Assembly (NCBI RefSeq): GCF_964355755.1
Contig: NC_092671.1
Location: forward strand, 26,672,070 to 26,736,069
Reading direction: 5' to 3'
Origin: Antedon mediterranea
Lineage: Eukaryota; Animalia; Echinodermata
DNA: 64,000 nt
Part shown: one piece after another, positions 1 to 12,930 of the stretch
Layout of the letters: every line of letters starts with the position of its first letter
Position numbering within the stretch: position 1 is the stretch's first letter
Notes under the pieces: model-generated
Told to the model about the DNA's origin: nothing
Seen by the model: the letters and a program-made list of their open reading frames with translations, nothing else
The model's database searches: none
Position numbers and translations under genes: made by a program

Positions 1-187
1 TACTATATATAATATACATTGACTTACAATACAATTGTAATCCTTTTTGTCCAAACTTTGAAAATGTGTTTCTTAGGATCATTTATGTAAATAGTGTTGC
101 TACTATACTAATGTTTCTACTTCTATTATAGTATATTCTAATTTAGTGAATAATGCTATTAGTACTAAGGAAATTTTAGACTCTACA

Positions 188-268
188 GCTCACTATGTCG
201 GTCGATTGGTCGGTTGGTCGGTAAACTAACTTGAGCACGCGACTGCAGCCATGTATATGACCTTGTTT
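188..268 (+). repeat. Short dispersed repeat with GGTC microsatellite (Helentron/HINE-like); second copy at about 9762-9853
   Basis: Near-identical AGCTCACTATGTCGGTCGATTGG...GCACGCGACTGCAGCCATGTA at both loci; the family assignment is inference. Confidence 0.6.
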
Positions 269-825
269 ACATTAGTTCTATATGAAAATATTAAATAAAG
301 CAAAAATATTATAGATTAAAGAATATAAATAACACAAACAACTGTATTCGTATTAACTGCCAGAGTACGGTATATCTTTAAAAAAATACGCTATACAATT
401 TTTTCTCAGTATTTTTATATTTATAATTTTCAGATCATTAAGGATGGCCTGTATTATCAAAAAGTATTTGAAGATAATTGCAATTTCATACTGCTTATTC
501 TCAGGTAATATTTTGATTGTTTTAGACATTTTTAATTTCAATAATCCATTGATCTTTATTAATTATTTGGCTATTTGACAACACAATACTTTTTAGATTA
601 CGTATGTAGGCCTATTATATGTTTGCACACATATAATCTAAGAAACAAATCAAATTAAACCGTATATACATTTTACGTCGGAAGCTCTTTCCCTATTTAC
701 ACACTCTTTGTAGTAAGAAAGTTATAAGTACTTTGTTCTCTTAAAGATGATTTATGTTGTGGTTTATAAGCAAAGTCATTAATCACTACTACAGCAATGT
801 TTGTAATGTTATTTTTAATGCACAG

Positions 826-3220
826 TTTTGAAAGCACAGGAAACAGTGACAATGGACGTCACAGAGTTGGTGACCGAAGTAGAAGGAGGTACCACCGTTG
901 GGGAAGAACAAAACACTGCTACAGAACAGGGTGACGGAAACGAAAATACAATGACCACAACAGAAGACGGTGGAGGAAATGAAGCTACTGGAACAACAAT
1001 GGCAGCAACAACAGAAGCACGGCCAACCGAACCACGGCCAACCGAACCACGGCCAACCGAACCACAGCCAACCGAACCACGGCCAACCGAACCACGGCCA
1101 ACCGAACCACAGCCAACCGAAAGTGACGACGGCAACACTGATGGCACAACAGATAGTATGACAACAACCATGGGAAATGGTAATTAATGCATATCATTTC
1201 TCTATACATTGAGCTGCTTTTTGTTGTTGTTGCTAAATATTGTTTTTAAACTGCTAACAGTAATTGGTCATATCGATAAATGTTGAATACAAATGTATGA
1301 TTTGTTAAAATACATACATTCAGATGGCGCTGAGTTCTAACAAGAATAATAATTATTATTATTGTTTTATTGAGAATGTTTTAAACACTATATTTCAGAT
1401 GGAACTACTGCAAGCGGTGGTGATTCAACAACAGGTAGGTACATATTGAAATTTCGCTTTTTCCAGTTTTCCATGTAAATCAGAAAAACTTGACATGCGC
1501 ATATCAATCACGCATCACAATTTATGTTTCAATTTATCATTTACTGTAAAAAAAAAATTGAAAATTAAGCAACAACCAATAACCCAAATCTATGTCACCG
1601 AGTATAATTAGATAGCTTAGCTGGACTTCAGAGAGGGATCGAAATTGATGTAATTTTTGCCACAACACATGTCTCCAAATTATAATCATATAGAGGGGAA
1701 TATTTTTTTAATGAGTTGCGTTAGAATTTATTGGTTTATATCTATCTATTCATTTTAGCTTCAAGCAATGGAAATACTGGCGGGGGTGGTGGAAACAATG
1801 GTGGTACGTATTGTCGGGTGTTTTTAATGTAATTTATAACTGTAAGCCCTAAATCATAATGTTGCGGCAAACTGGTCAGATAGATACCCATCTGATTGGT
1901 CTAATCAAAGAACCTACCGTAAAACCTCAAAAAGGATTCCTTCTTTTGTATAGGACTCTTATTAGGTGGGCTTCTTTTCAAAATAAGCGTTTTCTCAAGA
2001 TGGGCTTGTTTTCGATCTCGATTGAATTGAATTGAATTTTCGCAATGATTGCTGTAAATTTAGTGAATTGCTACTACAATAATATGATTTTTTAGACATT
2101 CTCTGCTAATTTTAATATTTCTCAACACAGACGAAAAGAAGATACAAAAGAAAATAAAAGTAGGCCTTCCTTGGGAAACAATAAACTGTAAAATAAATAT
2201 ATAAGACTGGATTGTTTGGGGTTGTAAGGTCATTAACATATTGATATAAATGATAAACAAACATACTACACATTTTTACTGACGTTCAATACAGTCTTTA
2301 GCGAAAAGAGGGCCCATATCTATCTAAAAAAAAGAAACTTAATGGGCTTGATTTCGAGATTACTTTTGCAATTTAAAGAGCGGGGCTTCTTTTCGAGGTT
2401 TACGGTATAACACAAGTTTTTTTTATCAGACTTTAAATATCCAATTTATATTTTACTCCACTTTACGACTGTTCTTCAAACAAATGTATTAGTGGCATTA
2501 GGAAATTGCCCAGTAAAATAAAGATAGGACAGTCTGCTAGAGTAAAAACAAAGTCGCCTTGCTAAATCTTGATAAGCAAACATCCTATCATTAGATCAGT
2601 CAGGCCCGTACGCTTGGTGGTTTTGGACAGCACTGATTATCGATGTAAAACAAGAGGAACGGAATAAAAAACATTTTTTAATTATTTTTTTTGTTTTTGC
2701 AGACCCACAGGTCGTGAAACTAACAGTTACCGCTTTCAAAATTACTAATCCTGATGATGGCATTTTGGGCCTAGAAACTGGTCAGAATATAGACACAGAG
2801 ATTTCAGTAGTTCTTCAATCAGATTCAAATGGAGTATCTGGGGACAGAAACTGGGCATTTTATGTAGGCGTCACCAATACCTCGACAACATCATGGGATG
2901 ATAGCGTTTGGACGATAGCCAGTGAAGAGGCTATGTTGGCACCGGCCACAGATGTCGGCGTCGATCTTGCAGCTGGAGAAACCCATACGTTTTCAACGAC
3001 TGTTACGCTTTCGCTTGTAAATGTGACGGAGTGTGTCTATACACACGCCTGTGTTATGGTTACACCACATATTGATGGTAATTGGTATCCGGATGCGGAC
3101 AGTTCAGTCAACATAAGATGTGAGCAGGTACACTGTAGTGGAGTATCACTGCAACTACACCTTGCTCTTGTAGCGGCTGTTATGCTTACTCACGTGATGC
3201 ACAAAAATGTGTTTTCATAA
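826..3220 (+). CDS. Thr/Glu/Pro-rich mucin-like surface protein with a C-terminal Cys-containing domain and probable GPI-anchor signal (5' exon not identified)
   Basis: Exons 826-1179, 1399-1434, 1759-1803 and 2703-3220 join through GT-AG phase-1 introns into one frame. The protein has 7x (R/Q)PTE(P/S) repeats, a Gly/Asn linker and a ~145-aa domain with 4 Cys. It ends in a hydrophobic tail (SGVSLQLHLALVAAVMLTHVM) and TAA, with AATAAA near 3412. Confidence 0.8.
1020..1124 (+). repeat. Coding 15-bp tandem repeat (about 7 copies) encoding (R/Q)PTEP
   Basis: CGGCCAACCGAACCA / CAGCCAACCGAACCA units read directly. Confidence 0.9.
1917..2405. mobile_element. Non-autonomous Tc1/mariner (pogo/Tigger-like) MITE
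   Basis: TA|CCGTAAAACCTCAAAAAG ... CTTTTCGAGGTTTACGG|TA: about 18-bp imperfect TIRs with a TA duplication. Confidence 0.7.
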
Positions 3221-4650
3221 GATCACGTGATAACTCCGCTTTTTCGGAATCGTGATACTTAATAATTGTATAGGTATTTACGGTTTGTATAATCTACTGC
3301 TGTAACATGAGAAGGAGAACTATTTAAAGACAATGAGCGGCATATCTTCGTCGAGCTGTATCAAAAGTGATAAATATGCAATAATTTATGTGATTATTAG
3401 TTTAAAAAAGTAATAAAAAGTATATAAAAAGTAATACCCTTTTCTTATTAATTGAATTAATTCTAATCTGAATGACTGAATGAATTGTTTCATTAGTATT
3501 AATATTTAGTAAAGACATTTGTGCCTTTCATTTTACGAGCATTTTGTAAATATATTTAAGAATCATGGCTGTCAATCTCGAATCATGTGTTATAGAATGT
3601 TTACGCATGCGTAATATGTATGAGCATATTAAACATACTTACCTGGATATAAATAGTGATTGCATAAGTTCTCATAATTAAGTTCTTCTTTTTAGCTGTA
3701 TCAAACAATCAATTTGAGTGAGTTGAAACGTGTATTTTTATCTAGAGATGGGGGATGGCACTGTCAGACTTATTATATTAATCGTAGACTACCAACACAC
3801 TCATAGTATGTTGGTTTGTATAATTTTAAGATAATGTTGAAAATTGACTTTTAATTTATTTAAATAATATGCAAAAGAGATCGGATGATATTTTCTACAT
3901 TTGTAATTGTGAATATTTTGTAAATATTATAGATGGATATATATTAGGAAAGAATAAATATTGTCTAGGTCTATCTCATTTTGTAACTTTTTTTAAACAT
4001 ATTTATTAAACATGGACGTGCCATTATCATAATTGTTGGGCGTTTATTCAAATAAATACCATCCTAATTAGTATAATTAATACATTATTTAGTTTAAACA
4101 TCTTTGAAACTAACTTCCACGACACAGTGGGCCGTTTCGGCCCAAGAAGGAAGACGTTCAATTTTAAATAAAAGGTCTTATCATCAGTTCCCCCGATGTA
4201 ATTTTGTATACTTTTCCCCACAATATACTCCGATTCTTTATGAATAATATATTTAATTTGATCTTTATTAATTTGCAGTATAATTTTTATTTTGCTAACT
4301 ACTGTACCTTCACCCGCGCGGTCCGAAAATAAACAAAATCCTAAATGGCTATCGCCACCAACGGCCAACTTAGTTGAAACCAGAAAGTTGCAAGGTACGA
4401 ACCCGTGAACTCACCGTTATTACTTCTACCGCGTACGGTTGAAAATCTACCGATGAAATAAGACATGTTATTTTTTTTTTAATATCTTCCTAAGATAAAA
4501 AAAATGAAACAATATCGTAATAGTGAGAAATCTAAAATAAATCCAAATCTACGTTTCGCGCTTGGTACATCTAAGATAGATGAGGTAGGTAGGCCTATCC
4601 AAGGCAGAGATTTGTCCCGAAGTTTTTCCATTGTCTCGCCTATGTCAGAA

Positions 4651-7414
4651 TCTATATATAAATTTACGTAAGGGCAAAATTCGGTAAATCGCGCGTTATT
4701 TCTAGAATGTTTACTCGATGGTATATAAAGTTGGTTAGAATCTCGGTACTGATTTTAACCACCTGATGTAACCCTGTGTACTAATTAAATTTAGTTAGAT
4801 AATTACTTATTGACAATTAAAACGAATTTAGGTTCAACGATTTGCCCCAAATAGGGGGTTTTTTCCGATCGTGGTATACACTGTCTAATGGGTGTCCTCA
4901 TGAAAAATACCTGCACACAATAATACGAGGATACTTCGCATTTTCCTATCTTCTCCTAGGATAATTGTTTTTAACTAGATGGTACGCTCGCTTCGCTCAC
5001 GTACCATCTAGGTCGTGCCCACAGATGGTTCTCGAATACACAGTAATTTCAGCGTAAAAAAATGCTTTTTTTTAAATGTACGTACTGCAGGATGATAATA
5101 GTTATTATTGTTTAGGCCTACAGAAACGAATAAATAGACACGATGATTTATGTATTAAACTGAAATTAGCACACTGGGAATTACTTCCGAAAGAGAAACT
5201 TGTCACAAAATGAGTTCAAATTTATTATTTGGACTCATTTAAACAAACCCAATTTGTGTTTTGTGTGTAACATTAGGGTTGAGGGATGGGGAAGAGGATA
5301 TGGGTACAAAGAAGAACAATGTTTTAATATATTCTTTATCTACTCAGTAACGAAATATGTTTTTCATGTTTGATAGGCCTATAAATAATATACCACTTGA
5401 TACAGTAACACATTTGCGATTTAATACTTTGTTAAAACTGTCACTGTTATAGTCCATTGAAATAGCATGTACATGTAACGATACACGTACCACTACAACG
5501 TTTATATTCTTTGTAATTATTAATTAATACAAACATTGAGAAGCAACTGTCAGTAGTACAGTTTATTTGTATATTGTACGTTTTGTATAACAGTAGGGCC
5601 TACTCACAGGCCTATAAATAATATACCACTTGATACAGTAACACATTTGCGACTTAATACTTTATTGTTAAAACTGTCACTGTCATAGTCGATTGAAATA
5701 GAATACGGTAGTACATGTAACGATACACGTACCGAAACAACGTTTATATTCTTTGTAATTATTAATTAATACAAACGTTGAGAAGCAACTGTCAGTACTA
5801 CAGTTTATTTGTATATTGTACGTTCTATATAACAGTAGGGCCTACACTCACAGTAATACGTTTATTTGTACATGATTGTGTTATACATCTAACAGTACCC
5901 ACACTCACAGCAAATTCAATGGCGACCACAAATGTTAATACGTACGGTATTTATTGCAATACTATATCTATATATAGGTTTTAGGTTAATTCCTCAAGGG
6001 CCAATAAATTTACCTACAGCTGGTGGTACTTGTGTTAAAGCAAAGAGTTATTATTGGAATGTTCCATTCATCGGAAATCAATACATTTGTATAAATGTAT
6101 ATTAAATCTATCAAAATAGTATGTTTTTAAGAAAATAGGTCTGTCTTCAACATTATGATGCTGTACTCGAGCTGTTCAACCGGTTTTCATCCATTAAAAA
6201 CAATTATCGTAGGAGGAGATAGGAAAATGCGAAGCATCCTCGTATTATTGTATGCGGGTATTTTTCAAGATAGACATGCATTGGACAGTGTATACCACGA
6301 TCGGAAAACACCCCTATTTGGGGCAAATCGTTGAACCTAAATTCGTTTTAATCGTCAATAACTAATTATCGAACTCCATTTAATTAGTTAACAGGGTTAC
6401 ATCAGGTGGTTAAAATCAGTATCGAAAGTACGAACCAACTTTAAGTTTATATACCATCGAGTAAACATTCTAGAAGTAAGGCGCGATTTACCGAATTTTG
6501 CCCTTACGTAAATTTATATATAGGCCTAGATAGCTGAAAACCGGTTGAACAGCTCGAGTACAGTATCATAATGTTGAAGACAGGCCGATTTTCTTTAAAA
6601 AATACTATTTTGATAGATTTAATATACGTTTATACAAATGTATTGATTTGCGATGAATGGAACATTCCAATCTCTGTGTCGTTCCACAAGTGTCTATTCC
6701 TTCAGGCGTCGTAAAGGAAAGTACTGTATACTCATAACAGAAATTCGATCCATTTTTTTTTTCAATCTGTGCTGCAGAGGTTGGATATAATTTTTTTAAA
6801 CGGATAATGAGCTAGCGTTTTCAGTCGCCGTAATTTCATATTTATTACCGATTAAATCGAATTTATGATTTGCCCCGAATAGAGGTGGTTTTCACAAATT
6901 GTTTAACATTATATATAAACATACGTCGTAGTGTATCGTTACATGTACTGTACTATTTCAATCGACTACGACGGTGATAGTTTCAAAAAAGTATTACATC
7001 GCAATGTTTTACTGTGTTTAGTGGTATATTATTTGTAAAACATGTTAATTAATATTTCGTTACAAAATAAAGAATATATTTAAAAATTGTTCCTCTTTGC
7101 ACCCATCCTCTTCCCCATCTCTCAACCATAATGTTACATACAAAACACAAATTAAGTTTGTTTAAATTTGACTTAAACAATTGGTCTCATTTTGTGACAA
7201 CTTTCTCTTTCGGAAGTAATTCCCAGTGTGCTAATTTTAGTTGAGTACATAAATCACAGTGTCTATTTAATCGTTCCTGTAAACGACATATATTATTGTC
7301 CTGCATTATTGTACTGAAATCGCCAGTTTTTTAACGCTGAAATTACTGTGTATTCGAGAACCATCTGTGGGCACGACCTAGATGGTACGCGAGCGAAGCG
7401 AGCGTACCATCTAG
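4651..7414 (+). mobile_element. Non-autonomous Helitron (host copy: 4651-4974 plus 6531-7414)
   Basis: 5' end A|TCTATATATAAA; 3' hairpin CTAGATGGTACGC..GCGTACCATCTAG|T; inserted at an AT with no TSD; colinear with the copy at 63196. Confidence 0.85.
4975..6530 (-). mobile_element. Non-autonomous Helitron of the same family, nested in reverse orientation
   Basis: On the minus strand it reads A|TC...hairpin-CTAG|T. Removing it restores GATAATTGTTTTTAA|TAGCTGAAAACCGG, matching the uninterrupted copy at about 63506-63535. Confidence 0.85.
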
Positions 7415-8292
7415 TTAAGCATAATTTATATAAAAATAGATTAAACAATGCATATATTGATTAGTAACATCTTACGGATTCGGTTTTAGTATGTTTTATT
7501 TTCTCTTATCTCTATCTAGATTTGTAGAAATTATAATAAAATATACATATATCTGGATATTTACTACTCCAATAGCAGTAGTGTTATCCTTCGCACATTA
7601 TTGTGATACAGTTTACAGTGTTTTCAGGTTGTTAGTATCAAAGATCAGGAAGGGGTTGATGTTGCTGTTTTTAGAAGGTGGCGCTAGACCAAAATAATCT
7701 TTTCTCGGACGCATCTTCATCTAAAGAAAAGAAAGTTCAAAGGGAGCATCTAAAAAAACAAGTTATATTGACATTATAACATAATACCATGTTAATAACG
7801 TAACCATTTCCAGGGGTCGAGGTACTTATTTGGTGAGAGTTGTGGAGCATAATACTACACAATTTCAACGATTTGGGTGATTAAATCCAATTTATTGAAA
7901 ACACTATAAAATGTATATATTTTGCATTTAAGAAAGGCAGTAGGCCTACTATTGTAGTATAACAAAATGTACGTATAGTTTTTGTTTATATCATTATCGT
8001 CATTCTCTATCAAATATAATATATCACTGAATATTGTTAGACGCATACAATATTAAGCCAACAAATACGATTTTTACTTTAATATCTACGAGTATTTATT
8101 TGTTTACTTTTTGTAGTTCTATTTGACAGCGATAAAATACAGTATATTTCAAAATATATGCCTAAGCTGAATAAAGTGTCAAAAAATAACATTGAAAATG
8201 AGCTGCAAAACTAAGAATAAAAATGCATTGTTGTAGTATTCGTCATATACAGGGCTAGCTGAATAGATTTAAAATGATTTAAGAAAGTAGCA

Positions 8293-8450
8293 ATGACGGC
8301 TTAGCGAGTTGGTACCCCTAACACATCATTGCTTCTTTCCGGGCGATGACGGCTTAGCGAGTTGCTACCCCTAACACATCATTGCTTCTTTCCGGGCGAT
8401 GACGGCTTAGCGAGTTGCTAGCCCTAACACATCATTGCTTCCATCCGGGC
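8293..8450. repeat. 53-bp tandem repeat x3 spanning the stop codon of the Cys-rich gene
   Basis: ATGACGGCTTAGCGAGTTG recurs at 8293, 8346 and 8399. Confidence 0.9.
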
Positions 8451-11400
8451 AGTTGCATTTTGGTTTCTTTCGACAGTCAAGCTTTCTACTTTTACTGCAT
8501 TTTCGGCAAAACTTTTCACAGAATGTTTCTTTCCCTAAATAAATATTTATAGAATATATGATTTATATGTTTAATAAAATGTTTAAGACCTTAATGTGAA
8601 GATGTAGTTGAACACATTTAAAGACCACAAAATTCTTGTACATCATTACACAAGTAAGGATACATCTTTCTCATCCATACTTATTTCTAACCTTTTTTCT
8701 ATATTTTTCTTGGTTCTGATGTATGGGTATTTACATTTAGATCTAATTTTGTCTAGAATAATTACTATATTATTTTTTAAAAGATTAATGGTACAATAGT
8801 TTCAGATTACAACCAAAACAAAGTTAAGTTGATTTGGTGTCATTTGAGGATAACAAAAGCCTTTTTTCCACCAATAAAACAACATGAAACAAACTTCTCT
8901 AGGCTTTATTAGAGAAGCATATTATTATCTTTTCTAACTTATGTAGCCTACTTACATGACATTTTAGGTGGTGGGTTACAGTCACATGTGAAGCAGTCAT
9001 TTTCGTCAATCTTGTTTCCATACATACATGGGCGTTTGCATTGTGGTACAGGACAAATCTTTTCCTCACGAACTGAAAAATAAAACAAATACAGTTATGT
9101 ATCACGAAGGTCGTAATGTAAATTTTAATAATAAATTAAAATAATGATTATGTAAATATGTATAATTATGTTTGTATGATGTAGTATGTTTAAGCGGATA
9201 TTAGCCCTTGATGGCATTTGCAGCAATAAAGAAATAGAATTGAATAAGTCTGATTTTTAATGCTTAAAATTATTGCATGCCCACGATCACGTGGTATTCT
9301 GTCATTTAGTCGTCATCGATAGATATTAGATATCTTTCGATTTTCGACCACCAAGGACGGACGACCAACCTAAGTCAGTCAATCGATGAGTTGCCGTAGA
9401 AACCATCAAACATGTGTCGATGTGGGGAACGAAGACACACGTCCCAATATTGCACAATTAACTAATAATGATCTAGTTCGGTCTAAAGCTTCTTATTATT
9501 ATTATAATTATGAACATTTGCTATCAAAATGGACAGCGATGGTAATGATAATGAATTTTCTTGCAATTATTTATTGTTTTGTTGCTTGTAAATATTCAGG
9601 TTTTTTTTTGTTTTTTTTTTAAGAACTGGTTTAAAAGTGATCAGCAAAATAAATAATGAACTTACGACATGTTGGACAAGCCCAATAACCAGCCCAGCAC
9701 ACGCTATAGTAAGAAAACGCAAAAAAACAAATTTTTTTTATTAGGCATAATCGTATTAATAGCTCACTATGTCGGTCGATTGGTTGTTCGGTCGGTCGGT
9801 AAACACTAACTTGAGCACGCGACTGCAGCCATGTACCGTATATGGCCTTGTTTTATTTCATAATAATCGTGTTGCTTTATGGCAGTTATTATTAATGCTG
9901 TTGCCAACAGAAACTTTATAGCCGACAGAGTAATTGTTCATGGAGTGAATAATTCTGACAATCGAGTAATACAGTAATATACATTGTACTATGAATTGTG
10001 CACGTTATCGTGAAACAAAGTACTGTATTACTGTATACACTAAAGACTGCTACACACCAGGACGATAACAATCCCCGATAAATAGATAAACATACCATTT
10101 TCTAACATAAAACAAAATAAACGAGTTTTTTTTGTTCAGTTTTTATAGATAAATAGGATAACCAGTATAGTAGCCCTACATTTGCTATCAGTGAAAATAT
10201 CATTTGCATCAAAAAGACAGCCTCATATATTATTATCCTTTATTTCTAGGATGAAAACTGTTCAGTTTTCTTTTGTTTTATGTAGGAAAATTGCATATTT
10301 ATCCTAGTTTTAATGTGCCACAATAATGATAAACAATGCTAATGAGTGATATGTTAATTACGAATGGTGCGCTGTGTATTAGGTTAATGGATTGCTAACC
10401 AATCCATGTTTATTAATACCATTGGCCCACCAAGAACCAGTACTGTAATCAAATTAGTAATCCTATAAGTAGACTACCCAATAATGACGTAAAATGTACT
10501 CATCCAATCGCGTCATATGAACAACCAAGTTACCCGGATGAGAATATTTACGACCAAATAAGCATATAATTTTTTAATTCTTCGCTAATGGACTTAATTT
10601 AAAAAACAATAGATAGTCACTAATGGGTCTGTCTGTATTACTGATTAACAGTATCTGGCATTAAAATCTTCTCCATTAGACATTTCACTTAGAGTTAAAT
10701 ATTGACTAGATTTTTCTGCTACACAGAGAGGTTTACCACAGATTGTGCATTGTAGTGTCATAAGATATATTTGAAATAAATAATATACTAATATATACAT
10801 CAATATAATATGTTCACTTCTCTGTTTTCTTGGCTGACAACCTTTCTCTCCCCACCCCTAATAGTTTACCCTATTATTGATATTATAAAGTAATGATTGA
10901 ACTCCAGAAAGTTTGAATTTAACGAAGAGAAATCTAAAATTGTTGTTTTTTTAATTGAAACCATTGTGAGAAGTCAAATGCTCACTGTGAACACTGTTAT
11001 AGGCTGCATAGTGTTTACAATCAGATGTACGCCTACAATCATGCCTCAAAGTGTGCCTAAATGTTCTAATTGTGTTAATTTTACAGAAAAGGTTAACAAC
11101 ATATGGGCTAAAGGAGACTTTTTTAGGGCTTGTTTATTTTTATGTTTTTGTTTGCGTTTGAGAAACGTTTTAGTTCTGTAGTTAAAATAAATTAACTATT
11201 AAATATTATTATTATCACTTGGATCTAAATGAATGTACGCCGTTAGTTTACACAAATACGTATTACAGGGTGCTGTATTATTATGTCTGAATGTTTCTTA
11301 TAAAAGGCTGTTTTATTTGATGGAATTTAAGGGGTTTTCCTTCTAAATGTGCATTTTGCGGAACCTTTGGAAGAGTTCTTAAACTTCCTCTTTACTAGGT

Positions 11401-12930
11401 TTGTGGTTAAGTTTGTTATTTATTTGCTAATATGTTATGAGTATTATTATGATATTCCGAAATAAAAGATGAATACATTTTGAATTGATAACTGATAAGT
11501 ACTGTAACTGATACCAAAATTCCACAAACTTTTAAAAAACAAATTAATAAACAAATTAATCAATCAATTAAAGATGTATTGTCCCCCAAAACATGAAAAT
11601 GAAAATTAATATGCCATTTTGCAACGTTAACGTGCATCACTTCCGTATGAAAACAAGCTAATAAATATTGTTTTCACTTATAAAATACAAAATAAACGGT
11701 TAAAATCAACCAAAACCCAATTGACTTCCAATCAATTTGACTATTGTTTGCTTTAAAATTACAGTTGTTTGAAGTAGAAATATTTTTTTTTTCGATTCAA
11801 TTTTTGGTCAAAGCATGGGGGAAATATATTTCCTCCATGGTCAAAGTGAAAAACTATTATGTAAAATTAAATAATCATTAAATACAAATTAATCTTTTTA
11901 TTTCAGGGTTGCAATACATCTTTTATTAAATTTACAATTCAACAAATTAAAAAACAAACAAACTTACCAATCTCCACAATCTGCACCACTTGGCTTTTCA
12001 TCTCCATCTTTGTACCATTTCCCTTCTAACTTGTCGTAGCAGTCCCATTCGCCTAAAAAACACGGGAAATAATGTTATATTATACGTGTGTAAACTAACC
12101 CAATTGCACGGTTTTAAGGACTCTATGGCACAACATGTTTTAAAACTGAGCATTATTATTGTAAGATATGGATATTGTGATACAGATACGTTTATGTGTC
12201 TATTTGTTTAACTTTACTTCTTTCCTAGAACCCAAAGAATTAACAAAACGATAGTAATTAGGACAACAATAATAATAATTAATTATTAAAACTGCGGTGG
12301 AAAGCTAATAGTATAGTAAGATCTCACTTATTATTTTTACTACAAAATAGTATTTGATTATTACATAATATAATTTAAAACCGTTGATTATTAGTTCATA
12401 CACGTATTATATAGTAATTACAATTCAATTCAATAATTTGACAAAAATTAACGTACGTAGGTCCGTCCCGCTTAAGCTGATTTGAAACATGTTAATGTAT
12501 TGGTTGGCGTAAATGTTCAACGAATTTGTTCGTCCTTTTCGTTTTAAATGGGCCTATTTTTAAGTTTACATATACTTTTGTTATTTCAATGTTACTGTAT
12601 TTTCGAAATAAATTACAACTTGACGCCTAATCTAATCTACTTGACTATGAAGATCGGTGAATTAAAAACTTTAAAATATAGTAACTAGTAAATGGTAATT
12701 TATTTCAAATTTTACTTATTATGAATATCTGCAAAGTTGACTCATCAAGCGATTGGATTGTTACATGGAAATCGCGTCATTAGCTATCAATGTTTGCATA
12801 ATTTATCAATATCACCATTTATTAACATTACGTTTTGTCACAATTAGACTTATTATTTAATCCTACCTTGTGCAAGAATGGTCGTAAGCGAAGCTGCTGC
12901 AAAGAGAAGAGTTGCCAATATGTACTTCAT
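8407..12930 (-). CDS. Secreted 143-aa cysteine-rich protein (signal peptide, vWC/pacifastin-like module, antistasin-like module, basic 6-Cys module)
   Basis: Exons 12930-12867, 12052-11968, 9703-9666, 9072-8956 and 8534-8407 total 432 nt with consistent phases 1,2,1,1 and GT-AG ends. Translation: MKYILATLLFAAASLTTILAQGEWDCYDKLEGKWYKDGDEKPSGADCGDCVCWAGYWACPTCLREEKICPVPQCKRPCMYGNKIDENDCFTCDCNPPPKMSWKETFCEKFCRKCSKSRKLDCRKKPKCNCPDGSNDVLGLATR*. Minus-strand AATAAA at 8095-8100. Confidence 0.85.

Noticed and set aside
815-1209. Overlapping ORFs 815-1171(-), 970-1161(+) and 985-1209(-)
   Set aside because: Shadow frames of the 15-bp coding repeat; only the 828 frame splices consistently.
4975-7414. 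A single large TIR/foldback transposon
   Set aside because: Better explained as two Helitrons in opposite orientation; the empty site is visible in the copy at 63196.
7671-7720. Possible extra minus-strand exon (EDASEKRLFWSSATF*) resembling a peptide precursor end
   Set aside because: The upstream gene already has a stop and poly(A) signal, and no convincing donor links to this piece.
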